A stretch of DNA of 64,000 nt from Chrysomallon squamiferum. Lineage: Eukaryota; Animalia; Mollusca. A program made the translations under genes and the position numbers. Positions 48,218 to 61,927 of the stretch are shown in pieces (positions within the stretch are counted from its first letter, which is position 1; the number at the start of each line of letters is the position of its first letter). The stretch spans positions 27,962,001 through 28,026,000 of the forward strand of contig CM022670.1 of assembly GCA_012295275.1 (NCBI GenBank), in the 5' to 3' direction. The notes under the pieces were generated by a model that was not told where the DNA came from, made no database searches, and was given only the letters and a program-made list of their open reading frames with translations.

Positions 48218-51060
48218 ACTGAGCACAGCTCGTACTAATCAGTTAAAGTAAAGCTCAGTCAGTCAGGAAATTTTATTATTAATAATAATGACAGGAATGA
48301 AACAAGCAACTGAATTTCATTCATTCAGAAACTGTCAGAAGACACCAGAGTGTGGGTCAGACTTGAAACATACAATATGGGCTATAACAAACCTTGCTAA
48401 ACTTATATTATCAAATTATTTTAATATATTGGCAGTTTCAGATTGAGAACATATTTGAAATAATATTTATTATTGTTATTATGATCATGATTATCATCAT
48501 CATAATGGTCATGACGAAGTTACAAACATCAGTTTGAAACATTTAATTAAGATTTGACTAAATTCAAAATGATAAACCATACATAGACTTGGACAAAACA
48601 AAACTGTATAAATGGTAGACAGCTAACCTGAATCCATTTTAAAACACATCCAAATGACACAGAGGGTGTATGGAAATTGTCATTGCCCCATATGTTGTGA
48701 TTTTCAAACACAAGACTCTGGCTGATGAAACCTGTTAATGATTTCACATTTGCCAGTTTACCATTAGCATCAGTAAGTAGATTAGTTCAAATGTGTTGTT
48801 AAAAAATAAAATATCTTTAATCATCAGAATAAAACATAAAATATCTTTAATCATCAGAACAAAACATAAAATATCTTTAATCATCAGAATAAAAAATAAA
48901 ATGTTAACCATCAGAATAACATTTTTATCAATGAGAATGAAAATTAAAGTATAAGAACTAAAATACACAAAGATAAAGTATTGAGAAGAGTTCTGTATGA
49001 GGTAAGTGTGTATTATGTACATATTTGTTAGTATGTCAGTAGTCGCCTGTAACTTTGTGTCAGAGAAATAACACTTAAGCTAAATGTAAATGAGATTTGA
49101 GTCTGTGTGTATGTATAGTGACACGTGTAGTTTACAGGACTGAAACACGTCAGGGCAGTCGCACAAAAACATCAGCTCTTAGATTATGAATTGTTTTGAA
49201 AACCTCGGTGATTATCGCTAGCCAACAGTTTTGTTTCATGTCCCACAAACAGTTATACTCTTGTATACTGAACTACTAAAAGTATCACAACTTATTGTTG
49301 GTCTTTCATGTTACGTATTTCAGGTTTTCTCAGCTCAAGTAAAAACTCCAGTGTTTGTTTTAGCTTTGCTGAGAAATGATAACGGTTGTCCGCAGGAAGT
49401 GATGCTTTCATATCTGTCCTCACCAGTCTTCCTCCGTGATTCACGCACACTTACATTCGTTTTCTTCAGAATCAAACTCACCTCCGAACTATCGAACTAA
49501 TACATTATTTATTCATTTTTTTTATTTTTTTTCTTTTTATTTCTTTTTTTATTTTTTATTTCCAGTAATGATTTTTAAGTTTAAGAAATAACTTCAAGGA
49601 GATTTTGCTTATTATTCAATTTCCAAAGTTTTGCATGCTTTACGAAATAGATGCAGCATACGTTCTATAAAACCTGATCATGCAGTTGAAATGTTTTCAA
49701 AATGTATACATCCTGTAATACATTATCGTGACCTGTAATGTATGTTGAACGGTTATTGTAGTTATGACTGGCCTCAGCGCGTCTGTTTCGTGAAGGGATT
49801 TTGCTGACTACTTTTCTAGTTAAATCGTATAACTAATTACAAATTTAGATTGCTACTTTGAACTATGTTTCATTAGTTTGATAAACCGCTGCACACAATA
49901 GCCTCATACTGACATGTATACCTCAGCCTTAGTCCCCGCGACGAATGAATGAATTGTAATTACGAACGTCTCTGTATTTATGCATATTGTTGTAAATCAT
50001 GTAGCGAGCAATAAGAGAACTTGAGTGTATGTATATTTCGTTCTGCATAATTGCTTTTCATTTTCCTGTTCTGGGTACAACCTAGTTTTCCTTTGAGAAC
50101 AAGTAAATACACCTGAAAATTCAATATTTTTGTTCACCTGTATCTTCGTATTCTAAAGTATTTTAAGACGTGCCACTTTTTGGACAAATTTTTTTTTTTT
50201 TTAAAGTTAAAAAAAAAGTGATATATATATATATATAAGTTAAAATGAACAAAATTTGATTTTACTCAGTCTGTACTAAACATAAAGTATGATAACAATA
50301 TAAATAGTATATGACGAAACCCATCTTTCTGTGACGTAATATTTAGAATTTTCTGCTAAAAAAAAAAAAAACCAGCAACATAATTATCCTTGTTAGATTA
50401 ACAAATGGGACCAGAGAGAGTATTGTACTCATAAAATGAGTTAAAAGTGAGTAGTGACTGACAGGTTGACAATGGAGACTGGTGAGTAAACAGGAAAATA
50501 TCACAGGCAGTTCAGAAAAATAGCTGACTAATTGTTATCACAGATAAAGGGTAAACGGTTTCATTTACTGGAAACTCAAACTGCGAAATGAAATATCCAT
50601 TGATGTTACATTTATGGACTTGAACACGCACACAGTCACAAACAGATAATCAAAATATAATCATTTTCCATAAGATATTTGATAGTTTCATTCGTTTATC
50701 TGATTACTTGTTGATTCTTTCTTATGCATTTTGAATATATTAATTGCTTGGCAGTTGGTTTTGTAAATATTATGCATTCTGATTTTTCAGTGCTTAAAGC
50801 TTGATAATGATGTAAACGTGTTATTTTAAAAATACCTGAATGTGTATGTATGCTTGTGGTGGTACGAACAATAGCCTAATTTCATTTTGTATACTTCCAA
50901 GCGATGTTTTAATGGATACCAATGTTTGCTAACAATGAATTGTGAGTACAACAAAAGTAATTTAAAATAAATAACTTGAGTGTGTACGGGCAGGAGGATG
51001 GTATTTACAACCTTTTTGTTGAAAACATTTCGTATATCGGAAAATAAATAAATAAAATAA
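48218..51060 (+). other. Putative long 3' UTR of the SAMD1-like gene
   Basis: Non-coding, microsatellite-poor sequence after the stop codon. AATAAA hexamers near 50965 and 51043-51056. The end point is a guess. Confidence 0.3.
48805..48920. repeat. 30-bp tandem repeat, 3-4 copies, in putative 3' UTR
   Basis: atatctttaa at 48811, 48841, 48871. Confidence 0.88.
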
Positions 51061-53268
51061 ATTATTTAATTAAAATTAATTAATTAATGAAATGTCTGAC
51101 AAACTTGCGATACATCAACTCAGCAATGATTTAGTAGGAAACAAACTGCTTGAAAGTATAGAAAATATTTTTAGACGATCAGTTATAAAACCATATACCG
51201 ACTTGAATTTTTGTTATTGGCGTGACGAGTAATGCAAATCGAGACCTGAGTGATGTGTTACACGACTGATGTCTACTTATTCCTTTGTGAAAATTGTAAA
51301 TAAGTATGTTCTTTTTGCTTTCTTTCTTTTATAAGGAATCCACGTTACTCACAGTTTTTGATGAGGGATTGTACATAACTTCACGACTTTAGTTTTACAA
51401 TAACTACCTGGTCTATATTGTTTTTTTGTTTTTGTTTTCTTTGTATTTTTCTCAATTTATTTCTTTCCTTCTTTCCTTCCTTTCATTCATTCTTTTTTTC
51501 ATACTCATTTCTTCTCTTTCTTTTCATTCTTTCAATCGAAATATATGACACTGTTTTGTGTGAACTGAGTGCTACAATGTGATATTGTTAAACAGATTTA
51601 GGTGTAATTCTTTTTCTTTGGATTTTGAAAATAAATTGTGGGCAATTTTGTCCTTTATTACATAAATATAAATATGTATATATAGAATAAAATGGTTATT
51701 TGTTGGCATCACAGGACTTTGTTTTAATTTACTAGTGTTTTTTTCAGAGACCACAAAAACTTGCTTCACTGTTTGTGATTTTATGATAAATGCAGAGGGT
51801 GCCAAAGTGGCATAGTTGGGGCAAAACACGCTTATTTCAAAATCGTCTCATAAAATCTTTCAACACATTTTGTTTTATTATTAGCTGTTTTTTTTTTAAA
51901 TTATTGTTATTAGTTTTAATTTGAAATAATTATATGTAAAACACATTTCGAATCTCTATCCTTGGTTCGTTGACAAAGATCATACAAAAGAGTAAACTCG
52001 GTAACAAAGCAGTTAAAGAAATAATTTCTACATACTATAAAACAAAACAACAATGAAAAAATAATAATGATTAGAGTGTGAAGCCAAATAGAAAATAATT
52101 TTAATAAATTATTAAACATGTAAACCACACGAGTACACTCATTAAAATATCATCTGTTACTAATAGAACATAATCATTACTATTACACCACTACATAACC
52201 AATCTATACTACTGCCAGAAGTAGTAATAATATTACTACTACATTATAACCATTATTATAACTACATAATAGAGTGGTAATGTAGTTACAGTAATGGTTA
52301 TGTTGTAGAAGTAATAGTTATTTTGATGAATATGTACTAGTTGAATTTATTTGTTTCACACTGTTACTGCTGCTGCTTCTTCTACTACTACTACCTCCAC
52401 AAACCATTAAACATACCACTGCCACATTTCAGTTAAAACCATTACTAAATTACCCTCTGTATAATAACCACTGCCGTTACTATTACAGCCTCCTATCATA
52501 CTAATACAGTAGGTGTTAATGTCATAAGAGATAATGAAATACTGAGATTATGTTATTTTCCATACAGTAGTTAGAGCTGCATATAATTGGAGGTAGACAT
52601 GTACGTGTGTTTGTGTGTGTGTGCGTGCTTTCACGTATTTATTTGTTCACATATGCCAGTCTATTTCGTTTTAAATCAATCACCCCCCATGTAGATAGAA
52701 ACATTTTTATGTATTTACATTCAGAATTTACGTATATCGCACGCTTTATAACAGTGTCATAAATATCGAGATAAATATTGTAAATACTGAATAGGGACAG
52801 ATCTCATGTATAAATGAGTCAATATCGCTGAGAATGATTTTCGATCTGTGTGTGTGGTTTTCTGTTTGATCAGATGAAACGAGACGTGACTCGTTTCAAC
52901 ATCGGATTTCTTGACAGCTGTGTGAACGAGGAAACAACTGTTGTGACTGGTTATTTGTCGAACCAGCGATGTAAAAAGAAGGAACAATATAATTTTTATT
53001 AATGATTATTGTCATCCGCCTTATTTTTTAAGAAAATATATAAAGCCTGATCTAATTCCTGTAACAGCTACAGTTATAAGTTATAGCCAAAGGATTTTTC
53101 TTTATTTATTTATTTACTTATTTATTTGTTTGTTTGTTTTTCGGGTTTTCTTTATATATATTATTTATTATTTACAATAAATAAATAAAATATGGTCGTG
53201 AAATCCACTAATTGCATTGTATGTATGTAACTACTTATCGTATTAGTCATTTTCACAAATCTCTCTCA

Positions 53269-53370
<102 letters not shown>

Positions 53371-56096
53371 GTGTCTAGCTCTTTTTTCTCTCTCTCAAAC
53401 ACACCAATACATATATACACACACTACACATTGCACACACATAGACACAAACGATTTATATACACAAATTCACATACACCTGCCTTATAATATAGATATT
53501 TCCTTTACCTTTTATATTGTCTATATTCTAATAAATATTACCACTTCTGCTGATAATAACAAGAAAAACCTTTTTAGACTGAGTCTCTAATAATTTGACG
53601 TTGTTTCAGTTCATAATATAGAAACATAATATAAAATTAATATACAACCATTAAAATAATTGAAAAGTACTGTTGCCAGTTTGTTATTTATTTATAAATG
53701 ATGTCAGTCTTTTCGTAAGGCTTCACAAATATTTGACACTGCATAGATATACAAAAAATATTTTAAAATGTAAATATTAAAATCAATTATTTATTAATTC
53801 ATTCTTGTTGTTGTTATTATTAGTTTTGTTGTTGCTGTTGTTGTTGTTATATCATCGATATCATCATTATATTACTATTATTAATACTGTTATAATCATT
53901 AATATTACAAATACAGTTGTGAAAGTAAAACAGACATTATTTAACTCTAACCTTCGAAGAACTAACACCCCTCCCCGCTTTAATTATGATTAGACCCGCT
54001 CCAGGAAAACCACCTGTCGGATTAAAAGGTGACGAATAAAAAATGTCTGAAGCCTTCCAGTCGAGTGATGCAGAACGCGATGCATATTGTTACTGCTTTT
54101 TTATTTTATAAATATTTATTATTAAAAAATATTTCCTGATCTATCATTACTGAAAGTTATATTTCCATTGCAATGCAGGCATGCCATTTTCTGAAATACT
54201 AGACATGCAAGAATAAATATTGTAATGAAAATACATGCATTTAAATGTACCATCTATAGACTCTAATTTAATGAAATAAAAAATTTCATACGGATAATTT
54301 ATTTTGTCATGAAATATTTGTTTTTCTTTTTGAAGATACACATGTAAGATTAAAGAACCAAAGTTTATTATCAGCTAATAGACGTATTTATTTCAAAATA
54401 ATAAATCATTCTGGAAATACTGTTTGGAATACGCAGTTACCGAAAAGACGTTTAACAAGTAAACGGGGATGACGTTAAATAGCTGACTTCAACGGTTTAT
54501 TCTGTTTGTTCTTGTAATTTCAGAACTGAAAAGTTAAGGCGTGTCCTGCATTGTTGTATTTTACTGTGTACTTTGTTCTTTATAAAGCTAAAGAAAGTTT
54601 TCAGCGATCCTTTTTAAACAAATATTTCTCAAGTAAAAGTAAACAGTTTTATTAGACATCTATATCGTGTCTTCAAGTTTCATCAAAACATATTAAACGT
54701 GATATATCAGAATTTCGTTTACAACTCTGTTTTCTATATAAAATATTCAAGTACGTTTTACATGTATAGGAATGGATCGAATTCAATTTATCAACAGTAC
54801 TCTTAATTTTATTTTTAAATATTGAAATTGAGATTAACGTTCTTAACGTCATGCAGAGGGGATTCAGTGTCGCTTCGCAAGGACATTGTTTACTAGTGCT
54901 TCTTCGTTAATTACTGCAATGTTTTGGTCGCTGTTTAACGAATAACAACAATTTATTTTCAGTGTATTTTATTGTCAGAAATAAGAATTATTACATTTTT
55001 ATATGGACTATTCTACTTGCAGACCACAGGAATTTTTAACAATCCCAGTGACCTAGATAAGATGAAAGAATTAAAAAGCAATAGATCAGTTAACTTCTAC
55101 CCCTTCAGTGATGACAACAGTTTAATAAATACTTAATCTATAAAGCAAATTTGTTTTTTTTTAAAAGATATATTTTTATCTTTACTCTCTTGTACGATCT
55201 GTCACAGGTTCAGGTCTCTGAATAGTACATTTTTCATTCCAACTCTTACTCCTAAGCTTATGCTTCTTATATAGACTAGTGTAGGCCTATTACAATGATA
55301 ATGATACTGATTTTTCATTATGAATATTCTCACTCAATAAAGCAACACAGACGAAAGAGAAGAGGTGTTTAAATAAAATCAAACAAGAAATATCCGTACC
55401 ATAATAACTCGCCAGCCATACCCTAAAGTCAAAATCTAGTTACATCGCAGCTACACGTACGAGGTAATTTATAACAAGAAATCAATGGATTCCAATGACG
55501 CGTCCCACCTAAACAGAGATAAAGGTTTTAAGTAGTACACAAACTCTCGGTTCACCATGGTGAATGTGGCATGCCACAGGCCAAGTTAGCTCCGAGGAGA
55601 GCAGGACTCGTGGAATGTACAGTTAAGATAGTTCTCCTAGCAATTCAGGAATCGCGTTGCTTTTATGAAGTGTCAGAAATAATGTGAAGATACACGTCTT
55701 GAAGAAAACGCTAGATGTAAAATATAACGTCTTTCCACGTCTTTGCTACTGATATAGCGGACTGTTTAAAGCTCATCATTAGTTTACCCTTTGTATTAAA
55801 GTCTATTGCCTCTATGTCTCTAAACTTGTCTGTGTGTGAACGAGTGTGTTTTGTGATTTCTTGTTTTGTTTTATTTTATTTTTTATTTGTTTTTATAGTG
55901 TTAGCATAAAACAGTTTGTTTTCTTCAATAGCACCAGTTATTTTTTCAGTCATCAATTAATAGATATAATATTTTTTACATAAATTATTATTACTATTAT
56001 TATTATTATTATTATTTTACAACATTATTAAAGGATGAAAGCGAGAGGAAAAACACATATCTATTAAGGATACATTTTTGAAATGTTGAGGTCGAG

Positions 56097-56128
<32 letters not shown>

Positions 56129-56849
56129 TTATTTTTACTATCGTTATTTGTATTTATAAACCAGTCCTAAAATAACGCGCATTTCATTGGTTGTAACCAA
56201 GCCTCTCAAATCTCTGTTTAAATATGTTAATATGAATCACTTCACTTTATCCTGCTCACTTAGGATCCGATCTAATTTTTGTCACTGGGGAGTAAAAGAT
56301 GGAGGGGGGTACTGCACCAGTGTGCTAACTTAAGAACCTGCTCTCCATTTTCAGCCGATTCCATAATAAACAAATCAATAGAATTGTTCTCTGAGAATTT
56401 CTGTCAAGTTTCTTATGAATGATATTCCCTAAACGTATCAGGTATGAAAAAGACGAATTTGGTTTTGTACACTGATTTGCAAATAAAATTCATTATATCA
56501 AGTCTGAATAATTTGCAGATTTTAATTCGAAAAGAGAAATTAAAAATTTTATTTTTTATTTTTTTATTTTTTAAGATTTTTCAGTTACAACTAAATATTA
56601 TTCTGATATTTGAAAATGAATTTTCAGTTACCGTTTTCGTTATTTTTGAGAAATATTTTGTTGGATCTTTAATATCCTGCTTTCTAAATTGTTTATTTGA
56701 GTAGAGTAAGAATCTTGTTACATTTCTTGAAAAAGTTAAGTCTTCTATATGTTTTTGTTTTTTTAAATTAATATTCATTAACTAGTAAAACAAAATGTTA
56801 TTTGCTTTTGGATGCCAAAATCTCAGAGTGTTAGCTTGCAATCTGAATA

Positions 56850-57264
56850 CAGTGGTAGCTTGACTTACGAGTTTTATCGACTCCTTCTGCTTCGGTATGG
56901 TACATACTGTAAAAGTACTACGCTCGTACTGCACACGCTGACCTCGCACGTTTTTCTATTATTTCATGCTTTAATTCAATGGACATCATCCGCTTCTTCT
57001 TCTTAGCATTGTCATTTGCACTCACTTTCCTAGGATCCATGGAAATTTGGCAAAATACTGCACAAAACGCGAGCAGAACACAACAGAGATGCTTCCACGG
57101 CGAGGTAACCACGTAAAGCAAACGAGTGAGACGCGGGATGCTGGGCGGATGTTGTGTTGTTCGTTGCGCCAACTAGCGGCGACGTATCTAAAGCTCCCTC
57201 GTAACTCGGATTTTGGCTCGCAACTCAAAGCAAAACCTCGACCATGTGACTGCTCGTACCACTG
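56850..57264 (-). mobile_element. Internally deleted Tc1/mariner Tigger (pogo)-type transposon with transposase N-terminal remnant
   Basis: TA|CAGTGGTA...TACCACTG|TA termini. Minus-strand peptide MDPRKVSANDNAKKKKRMMSIELKHEIIEK (57040 to ~56951) resembles the CENP-B-type N-terminal HTH of Tigger transposases. Confidence 0.82.
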
Positions 57265-57433
57265 TATATGTATTGCCTATCATATTAAATAATGCATTAA
57301 AAACAACTTGAGATAAATTCACACATTTAATCAATTTATCCTGATACTTTAGAAAAATAAAAATAAAAATCTAACATCTAGGAATAAATAAGTTAATTAA
57401 TTAATAAAACAATTATGAAATCTGACACAAATA

Positions 57434-57471
<38 letters not shown>

Positions 57472-57838
57472 AATAAAATTAAAGATTTTTTTTAAAATGT
57501 AAATTTAAAAGTCAGTTCATATCATTGATATCATGGAGATAAATATTATAATATATATTTCACCTTTTGATTTTTGTCTTTAGAACTATTTTATTTCGCA
57601 TCTAAAAACAAAACAAAACATAAATCACCACGCCTTCTTTGGCCACGCCTACAAATGGAAATCGGAAACGGGTGTTTTTTTATCAGTCCGAAATGTGACA
57701 AACCTTGATCGTGAATTGTCGACTCCTCTTATCAGAAACAAATTAAACTCCCCAGTCTTTCTCTGCAGAGGTTAGGATCACACAGGCTTCGAGTAGTCAG
57801 TCCTCTGTGTGATACCCCGCGAACACCGTAAAGCTAAA

Positions 57839-57886
57839 ATGAGACCAAAATTTTGGATTCTTTTCATTTTAGTTTTCTCAGGATCT
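57839..57886 (+). CDS. Delta-like exon 1: signal peptide MRPKFWILFILVFSGS
   Basis: AAAATG start, basic-then-hydrophobic peptide, donor TCT|gtaagt, phase 0. Confidence 0.8.
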
Positions 57887-59020
57887 GTAAGTATTTCATT
57901 ACTTTCTTCGACTGTGGTAAAACTTCAGGATTGTTTTTTTCATAAACACCGTGTTAATTTGTTGTAATTGCCAGTTGGGAACGCGACAGTTATGTTTTAA
58001 TAAAAAAATATATATATATATTTTTTTTTTTTTTGATTAAAAATATGTTTAAAAATTGATTCGGTTTAGAAACTTTAGATTGTCGAAAGGTTTTTGATGA
58101 ATTTGAGCCAAAGACTGTATATCAGTGCCTATATGCGAATGTGTATGTTCACCTTTCAGTATAACGTGTCGTTAGTTATTAACATTAAAAACGTAATATT
58201 GAAATAGTTCCTTTATATGTGTACGTTAGTATGTATGTATGTACGTACGTACGTATGTATGTATGTATGTATGTATGTATGTATGTATGTATATTTATAT
58301 GTATATATGTATGTATGTATACATGTATATGTATGTGTGTATGGATATAAAAGTTATATTGAAATATTTCCCACATATGTATGCATATGTGGGTACGATG
58401 TAGGTACGTACGTATGTATGTATGTATGTATGTATGTATGTAGGTAGGTAGGTATATGTGTATGAGTGAGTATATGCATACTCTTGTGTTCCTTACTGAT
58501 ATATATTTGTCTGTCTTAATGTATCAGTGCGACTCTATATCGGTTTTATGTCTGGTCTTCTGTCCATATATCTTAATTTGTGTGAATGTTATTGTATATT
58601 TCTTTATATTTTAAACAGTTTTGTCTCTGTTTCTTTATATTTGTATGCTTAAATGTATCCGTTTATGATTATGTTTAACCTCCTCTATTTCGTTATATCT
58701 ATACATTTATATTTAAATATATATTGTAGTCACATAAAAGCACACACACACACACAAATGCACATACCTCTAATATCTTTGTGTACTGTCAAAGTTTTTA
58801 TCTTTGCCTTCTCCAGTTATTTAAGAAAAGTAAATACAGGTTTATCCATGTACGTGTGCATGTTTCTGCATGTTAAATTTGGGGCAATAGCCATAATTTA
58901 GTAGAGGATGGTCCACAATGTTCGCTTTTTAAATAGGTAAATATATATATATATCTATGTGCTTATTTCCTTTTAGTCTGGTTGACTAGCTGGTTGGCTG
59001 GTTCATTGACAAGCTGTTTA

Positions 59021-59083
<63 letters not shown>

Positions 59084-60185
59084 TTACAGATATGGACGGC
59101 CTCTTAAATTATTTTGCTTTTAAATTACAGGTGCAGATTATATCTGGAAAAGGCAAAATAAAAATATCGTTTCTGAGTTATGAAAATCCCAGTGGTAGAG
59201 ATATTCACGACACCTGCTGTAGGGGTGCCAAAGTCCCTTGGCCAGGGGCCGTGTGAAAGTTACTGTGACTACGTGTTTGATCTGTGTCTGAGTAAACCAG
59301 GGTATGTCATTAGTTATTAACGTTAAAAAAGTGATACAGATGTTTTCCTTTACATATTCATATATAAAGAAATATAAATAAATTGTAAACGTATTATTTG
59401 TTGTTGCCGCTGTTTGTTTAATTTAATTTTTTTTTTTTTTTATTATTTATTTATTTATTTTATTTTATTTTATTTTATTATTTTTTTTTTTTTTTTTTAT
59501 TTTTTTTTTTTTAATTTATTTATCCATTACTTGTTTCAGGGCATTCTACTGGAAATAAAATAAAGTTCAGTTATCGAGTGTCTTATTTTAAACATCAGCA
59601 GCTGATAACGAACATATTTTTATTTTTAATTTATTGTTCTATAAAAAGCTTCTTCACCTTTTCAATCTTTATTGGTTTTTTATTCGAATAGAAAAGTATC
59701 TTTATGCACTTTCAGCCATTTATTTATTTAAACTCGTTTTCATAATAATTTTATCTTTAATATTGCAACTACTTATATCACTTCAACTTAAATGCCGGCT
59801 TTACACGTTCTACTGGAAATAGTTTGCCTATTATAAATCTGGTAATCACGTTTCTCCAAACATATTTCAGAACTGATACTAATAACTTTTAAAAACACAT
59901 TTTCTAGTCATACTGACTGCACATACGGCAAGAAAACGTTCCAGGGACCCCAAGGCAAAAACGAATTTAACTTCACTGGCTCTGAGGTTTCTAATTTTCA
60001 TTTTAACCTTTGGGAAGTAAGTAACAATTTATTTTTATTATAAATAACGTTATTCATATATATATATATATATATGCGAACATATATTCTATTTTAAAAA
60101 TAATGCATCATTCTACAATGATTTCATACACTTTAATGTCTTATTCAAACCAATACATACACACATACATACATACATACATACA

Positions 60186-60217
<32 letters not shown>

Positions 60218-61891
60218 CATACATACATAAACATCCATACGTAATTGTAATCGTTAATGCAGACTATATTTATTTGTCTGTTTTTAAACAAATTTTCATT
60301 CGTTATATTATTACTTTATACAGCAAAATATGTACTAAATTTTAAATAATTCTGTTTATACATATTTCTTTTTTTATGGTCGAAATGCAGTTTGTACGGT
60401 TTTGTTTTCATCTTTAATGAGAAATATTTTGAAACTGTTGTATTTCAGAAGTGTTATTATTTTTATATAGGGAGGTTTTCATATCAACGTTACTGTAAGG
60501 AATAGCAATCAAACTGATATTGATGTGTTTGACGAAACAGTAAACATTTCCTCTATAAACACCTCTCACCTGTATACCTGGAGTGGACACAGACACAGAA
60601 ATTCAACAAAGTACGTTTGAGCATACAATTCCATTTTAAAATATAAGCAAACAAATCATTGTTTTGTACGTACTTGTATATGTATGTATGTATGTGTATA
60701 TATTTATGTATGTATGTGTATCCGTTTATGTATTTATATATGTGAATAATTAGCTTTATGATACCAACACATACACATACTGTTTTATCATTTCTTTTCT
60801 TCAGATTACTTGTTAGTGTGCACCCCGAATGTGATCAGAACTACTACCTGGGTGACTGTTCTAAGTACTGTCACGAAAGCTTCTCGTGTGATGGTCACTA
60901 CTCATGTGACTCTCGGGGAGAGAGAATCTGTAAAAAAGGCTGGAAGAGTCCTGACTGTAAGAAACCTGAAGTCAACTCCAGTTACTCTTGTCCACGGGAT
61001 AAAGGTAACAGTTAAACGTGAACTGTATTTCAACTGTATTTGACTGAGGAATGTTTTGATAATAAATAAAATTAATAATAATAATAGTAAACATTAATTA
61101 ATAAAATAATAAACGAAAATACAGAATTAAGATGGTTATAGGTATTTGTAATTGCAGTATTGTTTTTGTCTACGTATTTATTTTTGTTCGGTGATACAAA
61201 ATCTTAATTTTAAAAGCGTACCTAGTTGTAGTTTCTAACCCTTTGTTGAGATTCTTGATTCTTTAAAAGCGCTTTAAATTTTAATAATTTATGTGTATAT
61301 ATATGTGTGTGTGGGGGGGTGTATTTGTATGTGTGTGTATGTGTGTTATGTCTGAACAATAGAGTGTTATCAGTGTTATTATGAGATTATTAAAATAACT
61401 CCATTTGCAGATCCGTGTCACAATGTTGGTGTGTGTTATCTTATTAAAAAAACATCATCCTGGTGCTGTTGTTATGATGGTAAGTTTTAGTTATCTTTGA
61501 TTATTCTGGATTTGTTTATTGTGTTTAATATCATCATTATTTGTCTGTTATTACTTTTATTATTATTATTAGTAGTAGTAGTAGTAGCAGTAGTAGTAGT
61601 AGTAATAGTAGTAGTAGTTGAAGTAGTAGAGAAGTAGTAGTAGTTACAGTTGTAGCAGTAGCAACATCAGCAGTAACAGTTCCAGTAGCCATAGCAGTAT
61701 TAATGTAATTGTAGCAATTGTACTAGTAGCTGTAGTAGTAACAGTAACTGTAACACTGGTGTTGGAATGTTTGTATGGTAATATATATGTTGTTGTGATA
61801 GCATTTTACATTATAAATATTAGATAAGAAAACTGTGTAATTTATAATGTACAGATATTAAATATATATAATTTGTTATTTAGCTAACAGT

Positions 61892-61927
<36 letters not shown>

